Shown here piece by piece: positions 14,301 through 26,379 of a DNA stretch of 64,000 nucleotides. The notes beneath the pieces were generated by a model. That model made no database searches. It was not told the origin of the DNA and saw only the letters and a list, made by a program, of their open reading frames with translations. Numbering within the stretch: position 1 is the first letter of the stretch; each line of letters starts with the position of its first letter. This DNA comes from Botryllus schlosseri (lineage: Eukaryota). A program made the position numbers and the translations under genes. Location of the stretch: NCBI GenBank assembly GCA_051294905.1, contig CM119371.1, forward strand, positions 39,124,001-39,188,000. The letters run 5' to 3'.

Positions 14301-17300
14301 GTTTACAGACTAGTAACTATATATAAGGGCGAAAACTTCCCATTAACGAAACCGTTAGTTGACAATGTTAAGGATATATACAGATGTCCTTCTTGCAGGT
14401 AAGCCTACAGAACTGTAATATACAATTGAATAGTATATTCATATTGAAATGAACTCGAATATTCTGCGTCTGACACTCGTCATGGGAAAACGTCACCTAC
14501 TAGCAGAAAATTGGAAGGAACCTTGTATATCAACAATCGTATCACCAAATATAACGTCACCGGCATGGATTTCAGCTTAATGTTTATGTGCTATTTTTAG
14601 ATGGTACATGGAGTCCTTCTGCTGACACAAACTCTTTTGGCATATTTTTCTAAAAGTAGACTTAAATGAACACGGATAAAAGTAGATTTACCCTGCTGCA
14701 CTGCATACCGCAGATTATACGCTTTCTACTTAACGTGACGCAAACCTGTACTTACAAATTTCCACTTTGGACTAATTCCGCTTCTACTGCGACAGTTTTG
14801 TTTAGCAAAACTACTATAAGAATTAACAATTTGGATTTTGAACAGTATAGAGTGCTTTTGAGTTAAGTCTGCATGAAGTTTACAAGTGAAATTGTCGTAA
14901 GAACCGGCTCGATTGGGCCCTGTATCAGGGTAACTGAATATATTTTCGATGCTTGTACCTATTAGTAGCGTCCGTGATCATTTGAATAATTATCACAAGT
15001 TCCAAACTAACCACCCCGTTATTAACCGCTACGAACCAGACATGGGGTAATCGCGATTAGTAATCGTAATCGATTACGACGATTACAGCATTTTCAAGTA
15101 ATCGTAATCGCAATCGATTACATTCGAAAAAATCCCGAAGTAATCGTAATCGTAATCGACTACTTCCCATATTTAATCGATTTTTTTTGTGAAAGAACGA
15201 TTACTTTTTATTCGTACAAGGACTGTGACATAAACTGAACACTCGTGAACAAGGAATAGATATTATACTAGTTATTGAGAGCACAAACGTCGGATTTTCT
15301 TATGCCACTGCTCATTATTACGTCAGAGGTAGCCTATTAGCTTTGCTCGTTTTTGCGTAAGAAGAGTCCACACATAGTAAATAGATATTCGATGTACAAT
15401 AGTGTGATTGTAAGAAAACCCATCGTGCTGTATATCGGTTTATCAATACATTTCAGACACCACTACCTCGCAACAGGATAATTAATCACCTCTCTGTCTA
15501 AGTTAAAATAGCAACTTTTGTATTGATGTTTGGTTCCGCTTAGTTAAACAATAGAATGTAATAGTTCTAATTCTATAGTTAAATGCAGTTTCAGTTTTGC
15601 TGCTTGGCGAGCAGTAGGCCTATATGGTACGAACCTACACCAGACAAAGGCTTGAAATTTTGTTCTCGTCAAATGAAACATTACGGTTTCCACAACAAAG
15701 CATTAAAATCAACAGCTGCTAATATATATCATACCTGAGCCGTTGTTTTGCCGTTTTCGTAATGGCAGCTTGCATTACATTATCTGCATTAAGTTGAAGG
15801 CCGAATTTTATGTTCACTTTCTCTTATTCTCATATTATTCTACTCAAAACGGGCGCTAATCACTATTTCACAATTCTTTACTGAACTTTCAGACCTGCCG
15901 CTATAGGATAGCCATTGGCTTATATACCATGTTAGCGTGGGTTGTAGCTTAATAAGGTTCAAATCCGCAATAGTTTCCCAAACATTGGTCTTGGGCCACC
16001 ATAGAGTAGTCAATTTTGACGATGAAGATTTAATTTAATCAATAATATTGGTAATTGAATTATATTGCATTTTTAATCTCATCTCAGCGCCCGATGGCCG
16101 GATTTACCTGAAGAGCAAGGGGCGCGTAATACATAATTATAGCATCTGGTATCTTGCAATAATTACTTTATTGTATGTTGTTAATTCGTGACCTCCGGTC
16201 TGTTATATACCCAAAAGATAGTGATTGTGGTGACCCAAACATAGCAGACTAAAAGAAAAACTTGCGTGAGACCAGAGGTGGTCAAAGTAGTCAAGAAAGC
16301 TACTCAAGTAGAAGTAGAAGTAGTGTCGCAAAAATCTACTCAAGTACGAGTAGAAGAACTTATTTCATAAGCAATCTCAAACTACTTCAAGTAGAAGTAG
16401 AATTGACTGACTTTAAATCTACTCAAGTAAGTAAGTCGTTTTGAAAACGGTCGTAACTCGTTTGCGTGGACTGACAACGTTTTATTAACTACGTTAAAAA
16501 TATTGTGGATCGTAAAATTACCATAGTGTAGCTTTATTTTCGGAAAATAGAGGCATTACTACACTTGATTTTATACTTCAACATCTATGTTCTGCAGACA
16601 AAAGAACTGAAAGTAATTAAAACTCAAAGTATGATTCTCGGAATTGAACGAGAAATACAAATACCACGTTTCAAAAAAGAAAGTTTCACGGGTGGTCTGT
16701 TAAAACAGGTGTAACTTTCAAAAAAGGCAGACTCCATTTGTTCAGATTGCCATACGTCACGGGCTGCTATATAACGATATGATAGGTAATTGCCAGATTG
16801 CGAAACGGTAGTTTCAAGCGTTATGGTGGGCCATATTTACTGTGATGAAATATTCGGTACCTAAATTATATTCACCAAGACTTTTGCAGAAACATATTTG
16901 TCACTCCATAACTACTGTGCGTGAAGCGCAAAAAAATTTCTGGGCTTTACTTGACTTTTATGAAAATTAAATGTTGCTACTCCGTGAAAACAGCTCCTAA
17001 ATTCCGCAGTTTATCTTTCTTATTGGAGGATTAAACTACTTCTACTTGACAAACTGAAAATAGCGAAAAGTAAGTAAGCAGATCACAAAATATTACGAAG
17101 TAGAAGTAGAAGTAGCGAAGATCAGATCTACTTGAGTAAGTACCAGAAGTAGAGGAAAACTACTTGAGTACTTCGAAAAAGTAGAAGTACTTCGTTACTG
17201 ACCACCTCTGCGTGAGACGCACTCACAAATTGTAATGTCGAATGCTCTGTGGGTGCCCGGGTGGCATTTGCATCGTGGGCTCAGATTGAAAGGAATGGAC

Positions 17301-18630
17301 TGTTGATCTCGCCCACCCAGCGCGGCTATTGACAATGGACAAATACCCTATGTTTCCGCCAATGTATTTCTTTAGTAGCACACTTCGTGGAGTCTCATGT
17401 TGGCCGAAACTGCATATGTCTTTTGATGTGTCAAGAATCGCTATTGACTGGCACCTAAATGCCTATTACTATGAATGATACATGCTTTATTTCTTGAGGG
17501 GGAGACGTATGCATTTCGAAATCAAGCTATCTAGAGACATTTAAATCGCAAAGCTCAAAGAGAATTCCCAAGTTAATGAAATCTCTCGAAAATACTCTAT
17601 AATTTATGTTGGTTTACGAAATACTGTTGAGTAGCCTACCCTCCAACCACGCTCCTCGCCCTATTGGGGAATTTGTGGTGTGGCAGTTATGGACCTCGAA
17701 AGAATGCAAAACGTTGTGTGCGATAAACCGTCCTCTATAAAATGGGCAATGTGTACATTATGACGTAACAAGGAAATGTCCCATCTTTTGTAGAGACAGT
17801 TGTTATATCATTAGGCCTATTCAGCGCAATCCATGTGTATTGTCTTCCAATATAACTACTACGATGCAAAATAAATGTAATCGTCAGTAATCGTGATTAC
17901 TCTTCCAATGTAATCGTAATCGTAATCGACTACTTCCTGATTTTGCTGTAATCGTAATCGTAATCGTAATCGCGTGATTCCGAAGTAATCGTAATCGCAA
18001 TCGATTACATTCATGAAGTAATCACCCCATGTCTGCTACAAACACGACCAGTCGACCGAATCTACGTTTTAACTATACCGACATTAGTACTTTTCGGTAC
18101 ATTCATTTGTTACTTTCGCTTGAATTAGTGTTTCGCGGGTATTGGAAATTACTACATCTACACGTATTTGAGTGAAAATTTGCGGTAAAAAGGCTGTCGA
18201 TGAGTAATTTTGGTATAGCATAATACCAAACCTAGTCAACTAGATAAGTCTAGATTTCTATAATTATACTAATTAGAGTGAGCAATCTGATCACAATCTA
18301 ATTTGCGAGATGTTTCTATATGCTGTAACTTTAATCCTGTGCATGATGCGTACACATTGCAAACTGGTTTTGCAATAATGAAGTACAGATTGTTAAGGCT
18401 GTTCTACTCATAGGTATAAGTCCATACTTACTTGTGCAACTTCGGTGTTTTCAGAATGACTAAAAATGTGAAGAGGTTCGCCGCCATGCCAAACAAAGAT
18501 AACGCTCCAATGTACGCCGATAGTGCAACGGCTTCGCCAAAAGAGAATATCTCGGCCAGTTTCCTGAGAAAGGGGGGGAAACGATTGAGTGTCGATCTCC
18601 GGATTGATGTTCCACTCCAGCTAATTTCAT
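2234..18630 (-). CDS. Class A (rhodopsin-like) 7TM GPCR, orphan/peptide-receptor-like, 8 coding exons, about 354 aa
   Basis: Hand-spliced exons: ~18630-18432, 14242-14113, 10520-10392, 9311-9175, 6192-6062, 3684-3577, 3514-3373, 2321-2234. All introns are GT-AG and in phase. Motifs: TM1 GMAANLF, TM2 SLCVSDFL, TM3 C...LRL, TM4 W, ECL2 Cys, TM5 YIP, TM6 FMLGYIP, TM7 ECLNPIFY, helix 8. AATAAA at 2187-2182. The start codon is uncertain (see findings). Confidence 0.92.
3373..3514 (-). CDS. GPCR exon 7 (ECL3, TM7 with NPxxY)
   Basis: YKVIAATLRNSGESMQASFEWKFFVTAYCLLRLSECLNPIFYNLGS; preceded by a 62-bp intron. Confidence 0.93.
3577..3684 (-). CDS. GPCR exon 6 (ICL3, TM6)
   Basis: DVRKGAARKSSRKEKHALMQLVLIIASFMLGYIPDL; tag/GTAAGA. 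Confidence 0.9.
3913..5216 (+). mobile_element. hAT non-autonomous element, AGTAGA/AGTA family
   Basis: TIR C(C/A)GAGGTGGTCA/TGACCACCTCTG; TSD ATGTTCAC on both sides; second copy at 16273-17210. Confidence 0.9.
5366..5790. mobile_element. hAT-like MITE (TAGGGTTACCA TIR, GTCCT motifs)
   Basis: TAGGGTTACCA...TGGTAACCCTA; relatives at 57704-58155, about 31040-31410 and about 61225-61565. Confidence 0.75.
6062..6192 (-). CDS. GPCR exon 5 (TM5)
   Basis: IGMLSEFVKIGFPIVTYIPMGAVVIVATVVCLLLAKRIVRRDK; ttgcag/GTAATG. Confidence 0.88.
6298..8352 (+). mobile_element. 2-kb hAT non-autonomous element, GTAATC family, copy 1
   Basis: TIR CAGACATGGGGT/ACCCCATGTCTG; TSD ATGTGCAT; highly similar copy at 15037-18035. 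Confidence 0.93.
9175..9311 (-). CDS. GPCR exon 4 (TM4, ECL2)
   Basis: IAVVVIWIETFAVGFVIYYLWPQVFPPGKRTFNGDIQKACTASSD; tttcag/GTAGGT. Confidence 0.88.
10392..10520 (-). CDS. GPCR exon 3 (TM3, ICL2)
   Basis: LGIAVDFWTSCATIQHVLLFTLLRLISVRFPHKFRMITSRHAK; tgcag/GTGAGT. Confidence 0.9.
10752..11693. mobile_element. hAT (Buster/SPIN-like) non-autonomous element nested in a family-B repeat
   Basis: TIR CAGGGGCGGGCAAC/GTTGCCCGCCCCTG; TSD TTCTAGAT; GGCCCGC subterminal motifs. Confidence 0.92.
12071..13004. mobile_element. hAT MITE, GTGAAC/GAACCT family
   Basis: TIR TAGGGATGGTGTGAAC/GTTCACACCATCCCCA; TSD ATATTTAC. Confidence 0.9.
14113..14242 (-). CDS. GPCR exon 2 (TM2, ECL1)
   Basis: SAFYIFLMSLCVSDFLSSLVSPLILYRVTWGFYQWILPHFLCK; AG/GT flanks, phase 2-0. 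Confidence 0.92.
15037..18035 (+). mobile_element. GTAATC family copy 2, with a nested AGTAGA element
   Basis: Same TIRs as 6298-8352; TSD CTACGAAC/CTACAAAC. Confidence 0.93.
16273..17210 (+). mobile_element. AGTAGA family element nested in GTAATC copy 2
   Basis: TIR CAGAGGTGGTCA; TSD CGTGAGAC; the empty site is visible in copy 1 at about 7520. Confidence 0.93.
18432..18630 (-). CDS. GPCR exon 1 (N-terminus, TM1); 5' limit uncertain
   Basis: FLRKLAEIFSFGEAVALSAYIGALSLFGMAANLFTFLVILKTPKLH; donor GTAAGT at 18431. Confidence 0.8.
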
Positions 18631-20729
18631 GTCTGTATCGCTATACTGTGTTTTTCACCCATCTTCGTCATGGCGAAGAGTGCACATCAGTACAGCAATC
18701 CATGGTGGAAGACCTTTGATATAGACTCGTGAATACAGCGAATTTCTATGGTGTTATACGCCAGGTAATCCAGGACTGGTCTATTCACACTAATTGGTGC
18801 AAAATGCCGATACAATCTAATTCTAATCGAATCAGTCTACTATTTCTATGCCATAGTTTTGATTCTAATCGCATCTCTACTTCCTTGAAAATACTATACT
18901 TCAGTTCACCAGTTTATTACGAAATTCATCATTTCAAAACACCACAAGGCTGCGATACAATCAAAAGATATCGAAACGACTTGGAGAAGGCTTTGAAATC
19001 CGGCAACCATCCGGGCCTAGGCCATGTGAAGATGCATGCACACTGAATGAAGAGTAAAAGAAGATAATACAAAAAAGACAAGCGGCAAGCGAGAACTGTT
19101 TCGCGTGAAACGAGCCGACCTTGACGCATTGAAATTCGCCATTCTCAGGATTATGAGAAAAAACCCTGATGAATATACCTTGATTTCTTTTTATCTCTCT
19201 ATTAATCTGAATATAAGTCAATTTTCAAGTTGTCGTGAATTCAGCGAATTCTTATCCAATTAGGAAACGCTCGAAATTGCTAGTTGTCATTGTTGTCGAA
19301 GTCTGTTCCCGGACTGCAGTTTGCAGTGGTTCATGTTTACGAACGTCAAATCGTTGTGCTTTCATGAGATGGTACGAACACAGATGTAAACTGTACCTGG
19401 TTACAGATCTCCATAAGGATTCGTGTATTTTACTCATTTGCACTCACTAGAAGGGGTAAGGCACAATTTTGATAATGAAGGGTGCGCCATTTACCCATAT
19501 TCACACCCCACGCTATGGTGTAAATCTAATAAATACACCTATTCTTCCCCTATACGGATCTACAGTTTATGATAAAACTCTAGAAGATAGAAGCTGTTGT
19601 GAGTCATGTATTTTCAATGTTGGTGCTCCCAGAAGATTTTTATGGGAACAGATTTTACACACATTATCCTGTAATCGCATTGTCTCATACGTACGCTTGA
19701 TCCTCGTAATATCGCTGGAGCTGCTCCGATTGATTCGGCGTTACCGAGTGTGTAATTGCCGAAGCGGTGCTTGATAGCTTGCTGGCTATATCAGACATTT
19801 GAAGACTGGTTGCGGTGACAAAGGCGCGAATCTGGAACTGATAGATGGTCACAGTTATTGTAATGAAGCAGTTAGGCATTTTTTTGAGGTTTTCCTGATA
19901 ATACAATGTACACTGTGACCACGAGTCTATCAATATGACTAGAACTACTCTGTGGTGAAAGGATGTCTCAGAAATGTTTCGGAGCGGTTAACAACTTGAT
20001 AATACGCTATGTTTAGCATGTTGCATGTCACCGACATTATTGATAACGCTCTGAAAGCTCTTATGATGGTCTCATATGCAGGGTCAGAAAAATACGCAAA
20101 ATATACTTCTCTGAATTTGGCTGGTGGAAACAGGCTGGGAGTCCCCGTTTTAGATGTCATAGTAGGCTATACAATTCAAGCCTCCTTATTATCGCAATTG
20201 AACACCTGCCATCGCTTCTCGCCACTAAAGGTAGCTATCCGTATTGGACATAGGAATCTTTGCACGTTACCGGTATAACTGAACAAAGGGTTGTATTAAC
20301 TAGAGTCCGACCGTCAATATGTATGACTCGAGTCAAGTCAGATGACTCGGACCTGACGTGTGGAACGGTATCCCGCAGGCCACCCGACAGTCGTCGAGCA
20401 TGTCCACATTCAATTCAAAATACAAGCAATTTCTACTGAATAAATACTAGTCCACCCCCAAGATTACCTAACCACCACCTGACCTATCGATCTCGCCTCC
20501 CGTGACATGCCACCCCATCTTTTTTGTCGCTTGCTTTTTATTATACCATCTATTTTTACTTTTCATTCAGTGTGCATGCCTCTTCTTTACATCGCCTAGG
20601 CCAAGGTGGGTGTCAGATTCCAAAGACAACTCCAAGTCGTTTCGACACCTTACGATCTTTTCATTGTATCGCATTTTTGTGGTGTATTGAACGGATAAAC
20701 CGCTAATAAACCTGCTAATGAACCGAGCA

Positions 20730-21132
20730 CTAGGTCGACCAAGACAGACGTTTCATTGTAACTTCTAAGAATACTAAAGTCACCACATTATTGATATTTC
20801 GTCTATTAGACCTGATACTTGGAAAATAGGGCCAGAAACTGTTACTACTGACGATATTATGAATGCGAGCCATCCTATATCACTCGAGTAGAGTTGAAAA
20901 AAGTTGAACCGCATTGAACTCAAAACTCAACAGTGGAGACAATGACTTTAACTCGGACTCGGACTCGAGTCATAGCACTATGACTATGACTCGGACTGAA
21001 CCCTCTACTCACTGACTTGGACTCGGACTTGGCTCGGTGGTGAATTGAAAATGACTCGACTTAACTCGAGTCAAAACTATAAAAGTTGGATAGATTTCTG
21101 ACTCGGAACCTTGTGACTTGGTTACAACCCTG
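20730..21132 (+). mobile_element. 5'-truncated GACTC family MITE
   Basis: Matches the internal part and right end of 855-1714; ends GGTTACAACCCTG. Confidence 0.8.
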
Positions 21133-22189
21133 TGAACAGCACTCATCAAACCAGCAGCAAAGTACTTAAATCTAGAATGCGTAGGTTATATCTGCGAACA
21201 TTAATTATATATCAGTACGTACCTTTTAATATTACCAGCGAGTTATAGTCGAAAACCAAATCCAATTATAATTTCTTGTCAATATCTTCACCAGATGTTT
21301 GCAGGCCGAAATAAAAGGGCTGTACACTTATCAAATTGACAGACTGGTTTCGAAGGCTGTGAGCCGAAGACGTTGATTGGCGGTTATGAGTCTCTTCAAT
21401 CCTTGTATGCGACAATTTTTTTCATACAAACGACCTAAGTACATACATGCATATTCTACTAGCTGCAAGCTGTATTGTTTCGAATAGAAGTATCATTTCT
21501 GGTCACACCTGATATACACGCTATACAAGTATACGATTCCTGTGAGATAATGAGATTCACAATAGAACGGGAATGACAAAACCTTTCCTAACTTCACGAG
21601 ACCATAAAAAATCCACTAGACCGACATCTCCAAATTTTCACCGTGCAATGCAAAAGCGAACTTATATTTCAATTAGTACCTTTCATGTTTCTGTGCTCCA
21701 TTTAAAAAAAGAGACAATTCTGTCGCTGTCGGCTGTGGTGCAGCGCCACTTCCAGATGTTTGATGTGTGACATGTTGTGAGTCGGGCGTAGCCTATATAT
21801 CCAATTTGGTTATATACAAAACCGAACCGCGTTAATCGAAATGCCGATAGCGTGAAATTCAAGACGTGATACTATCTCTGAAATCAACCCAGTGGTTATA
21901 GGGTTGCATTTAAAACCAATCGCACCTGTTTAAAGCATTTGAACACACTGTATGCGTTGCTGCGGAACAAAGGGAATATTTACTTACCCCCACCCAATAG
22001 CAACCTGACTAAGAGATCTATCGACTACTCAGGACCTATATCATCTGAAATGCACTACCACATTCTATCCGTGAATTGCCTTATAATAGATTAAAAAGGA
22101 GCTGCTTAATTACGCCTTGTAGTCATATTAACGCTGTTGTCCTACCTCGCATAAACATTGCTTCATTGATCATCATTTCGTGATGCAAG

Positions 22190-22440
22190 TGGTGGCGAGA
22201 TAGCGCAGTGGTGTAACCCGCGGCTGCAACACCAGTGGGTTACGGGATCGAGTCCGACCGAGGTCGACTTCAGAATCCCAATATCGACGGGTTGGAGCGT
22301 AAGCGTAAGCGGTGTCTCACAAAAAGCGTAGAAGTGGGTCGTGCTATAAGTCGACAGTTACGGAATGAAAATGAAGAATATCGGCCTGTTGTAAATGACC
22401 ATAGCAGTCGACAAACACCATGAATACCACACAAAAAATG
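22190..22440 (+). mobile_element. tRNA-derived SINE-like element
   Basis: A box TAGCGCAGTGG and B-box-like GATCGAGTCC with tRNA spacing, followed by a non-tRNA body. Confidence 0.55.
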
Positions 22441-23469
22441 TTATGTACCTTCTTGCGATTTGACTTGATCGTAAACAATCGAACAAGCACAAGCATTTAC
22501 CTACTTACGATAGGATAGCGGATATACAGAGCAGTCAACTTGGAGTATAATTAAAATCGAATAATAAAACTGCGTCGATCGTGATGTCTGACTCGAGTAT
22601 AGGCGGATATGCTGATAGAGAAGCGTTGAAACATTTTTGGTTTAAATTGGAAACCTGAAGACAGCTCAATAAAAAATGCCAGATTCCATTTCATTCCAAA
22701 TGCACTATAGCTTCAAACTACAATTGAATAGTATATTCATATTGAAATGAATATTTGCGGCTGGTACTCGTCATTCGGGTTGATTTCAATATGAATATAG
22801 GCCTAGTATTCAATTGTATATTGAAGTTTTGTATCTCCAAGACCTCTTCAAACAGCTTCAAACTGCCAAGTGTCGAACTATCATCATTTTCTATTGTCAA
22901 ACCGGTAAAGTACATGTCACTAGTGGGGTATTCCTGTGATGTTATTGGAACTAGTCAATATCTAGGGAGTAGTAAAACCCTTGTTAACTTCACAAGACCA
23001 TAATCAAAAAATATGTCGTAGCAACTCGCCAAACCGTCTTATTCAGATCGTCCATGTAGCTCAAACCAATTCCGGCGCCTGCCCTCATTTACCGCTGTAG
23101 GAGATGTTTAATGTATGATATGCCGATAGTCGTGCGTACCTAGACAATTTGTTTATACAAAATCATATTACTGCGATCGAAATTTCGGTAGCGTGAAATC
23201 GAAGTCCTGATACGATCTCTCAAATTAAACCCCGTAGTGCAGATTGCGTTTATGATATCGATTTCGGTTAACATTGCCTTCGATTATCACGAACTGTTTA
23301 CTATTGCAACACGCGTACTATCGCGATATGGTTGTCACAACAAACTATTTAAACGAGATCAGTGGCGGATTTAGGAGAAAATCTTACCATTCAGCTTCAG
23401 ATGTAACTTCAGTTTCACACAGGCCTCAGATGTACACTACGTGTGAAATTTATGCCAGCTATCTACAAT

Positions 23470-23600
23470 TAGACAGAGTGGTCCCAATAAACAAAGCTGA
23501 GGATAAGACTTATGACACCAATTACTGGCCGATATCTGTTCTCCCGTGAATTAGGAATGTATGCATTTGAAAAGTTGCTCCTTTCCTTTTGAGTGATTTT
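23470..23600 (+). mobile_element. LINE (CR1/L2-like) reverse transcriptase remnant
   Basis: RVVPINKAEDKTYDTNYWPISVLP resembles the conserved VVPIxKxxD...NYRPISxLP motif; a stop follows. Confidence 0.65.
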
Positions 23601-24005
23601 TATTCAAGCATGTACATAAAATATCAATAATTTCATAAAGAAAATCTTTCTCCTTCATCGGGTCAGCTCGTCTCAGCCGTCGCCGAATTTGGATTTGTAG
23701 TCGAGGTCGTAGCCGCTCGGTTCATCTCATCTCGCTGGAGTCGATGTAAATTTGTAGTCGTGGTCGTAGTAGGAGCCGCCGGTATCTGGCGCTCGTTTGC
23801 GTTTGTGGATTGGGTTGGGTGTCCAGACCAATTTCATACCTCGCCAAAATGTCTATAATCTCCCCTAACCAATTCGGCTTCCGCAGCAAACAACAAACCT
23901 CACGCATATGCCCGCCTAATAGTGGCTGAGAAGTAATACCACGATATCCTGAGGACGTGAACTATCAGTTATTGACCGTGGATTAAAAAAAAAACTAACC
24001 GTAAA

Positions 24006-24008
<3 letters not shown>

Positions 24009-24069
<61 letters not shown>

Positions 24070-24083
24070 AAGAGAGAGAGAGA
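24009..24083. repeat. (GA)n microsatellite
   Basis: About 75 bp of AG dinucleotide with two interruptions. Confidence 0.97.
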
Positions 24084-24225
24084 GTCAGAGTCTTTATTTT
24101 CAACCAACCCAAATACATAACGACAGACGGTAGTGATGGTGGTACAGAAAATATGCATTCACTGCACAGTATTCGGTATTACAGGAATGGTCGATATGAC
24201 CTAGGGTCAACTAGTCTGGTCACAC

Positions 24226-25202
24226 CAGTGTTGGGATGACTCGAGTCATGACTTGACTCGAGTCAGACTCGAGTCAACTTTTTCGTATGACTTGACTTGA
24301 CTCGAGTCACTTTGCCAAAATGACTTGACTTGACTTGACTCAGCGCTTCAAAAATGTGGATTGAATCGTGACTCGGAGCAAAATTCACGAGTCAATTTCA
24401 AGTCATCAAGTTAACTGGCTCGATCAAGTATCTGTGTCTTGTGTATGTTCGGATTGTTTGCGATACGCCGATGTCACTTGTTAGAATAACCACTCATTCA
24501 CTGATTGTACGTTTCACTGATCCTCCATTGTTACATCACAAATAAATTGACCGCAAGCGAAATTATCACAGGTTACGTTGTAGTAATAGTAGATTAATCT
24601 AATTCTATTAGCAACGCATCTCTAATTCTTAGACGGCTCACCTTTACCAACTTTATTGCGTGATTTAAATCAAACGAATATAGTTTATGCGTTTATAAGC
24701 TTACGGATGTGTAGATGGATGGGTAGTGTATTGTACGATATCCATTTGTTTCAACTTCCCGAGGCTTCGAATTCGATCTTCAATTTTGGATGATAATAAC
24801 AGACTGAAGCATGGAGCTATACAGATACTCACGTATTTTATTACCAGTTCTACATATGCATGAGTGACACAACACCTTTTGACATGTATTCAGCTTCAAA
24901 TTTGTTATTTCATTCCTGATAAATAGCCAATTAATATGTAGCCTACTTCACGCAGCGAGCAAAATGTAATGACTTTGAATCATCACTCATGCTTCGAAAA
25001 TTCAAATTGACTTGAATTGTGACTTGACTCGGGACTTGACTTGACTTGACTCGACTTGACTCGAGTCACCTCCAAAAAACGATTGACTTGACTTGACTCG
25101 AGTCACCTTCGAAAATCGATTGACTTGACTTGACTAGAGTCAAAATGTGCAATGACTCGAGATGACTCGTGACTCGAAGGTAGTGACTTGATCCCAACAC
25201 TG
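24226..25202 (+). mobile_element. hAT MITE, GACTT-rich subfamily (CAGTGTTGGGAT TIR)
   Basis: TIR CAGTGTTGGGAT/ATCCCAACACTG; TSD GGTCACAC; degraded relative at about 2640-3268. Confidence 0.92.
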
Positions 25203-26379
25203 GGTCACACTCGCGTCGATCAGGTACACTTGACTCTAAACAGTCTGACTGTAAGAAATGTTAGTTAAAAGAACGAAAATAAATAGAAAAAGTAAACGAT
25301 GGTAGCAAAGGATCAATTAAGCACTGAATTGGCGAGGTAGGCCAACAGTGTTAATATAACGACAAGAGGTGATTAAATAGGTGTTTTTAAAATCTATTAT
25401 AAGGCAATTCAGGGATATGTGGTGGCAATGCATTCCAGATGATAGGTCCTGAGTAGTCGATAGGTCTTTTGGCCAGGTTGCTATTGGCTGGTCGCTGGTC
25501 TGGTCAACATATTTCTAACGATAAAAATGCGACATACCCCGGGGATTTAGTGGACTCGATCACTCGAACATATCCGGGAAGAGTCACTTACAATAGCGAA
25601 AAACAAAACTATCACGGAACTGTTGTCTTTTCTACTGCCTTATGCCGCGCTCGGCCCTTCTGCTATCATTTCCTTTTATATCTTCTTTTCTTACTTTTGA
25701 TTTAGTGAGCAATGAGCATGCCTCCTCTTTATACCGCATAGGCCCAGATGAGCGTTTGATCTCGAAGACCACTCGAAGTCTTTTCGACACCTTCCTATAT
25801 CGTTTCATTGTATCGCAGTCTTATACTGTTTTGAATTGATGAAAATTCCGAATAAATCGAACTGCGGTGAGCTTCAAACTGTCATGACACCAGTGGATCG
25901 CTGATGTTGTTGGCCTATTTTAAAAGTTGTTTTCTCGCATTGCAGCGCCATTATAGGGACACTGTGCTTTAAATATGATGTTTTGTCACAAAATTATAGA
26001 AAAGAGTGAGCTGCGCTTCATGTATCTCTGTGGTAAGGAGATCACACGTCGTCACTACAAACCACTCGTCTTGTCTGTCATTTCATTGATTTCATGACAG
26101 TTGAATAAGTTTCTCGAAAAGTACGATATATACATCACAAACCTTAGCCTTCAAAAGACGCAACAGCACAAAATTTCATTGCAACTTTTAACATATACAC
26201 ATGTAGGCCTGCATTGCATAACCAAACGACCATACTGGTAAAGGATCGGTTGTACGCTATCGGTACCGTAAAGATGCCTTCTGACTGTGTGGGGAATTAA
26301 CGTTTAGATCCGTTTTAGTGATGTTTATTCAAATATGTACCTAAAATATCAAAAATTTCATAAAGATCCGATCACGAAT

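Noticed and set aside
18432..18719. 95-aa plus-strand ORF (also 44347-44796, 57172-57513, 31806-32171, 9159-9494)
   Set aside because: Antisense shadows of real minus-strand exons.
19235..20278. Cluster of 60-100-aa ORFs upstream of the GPCR
   Set aside because: No recognisable motifs and no consistent spliced frame; cannot be supported as a gene.
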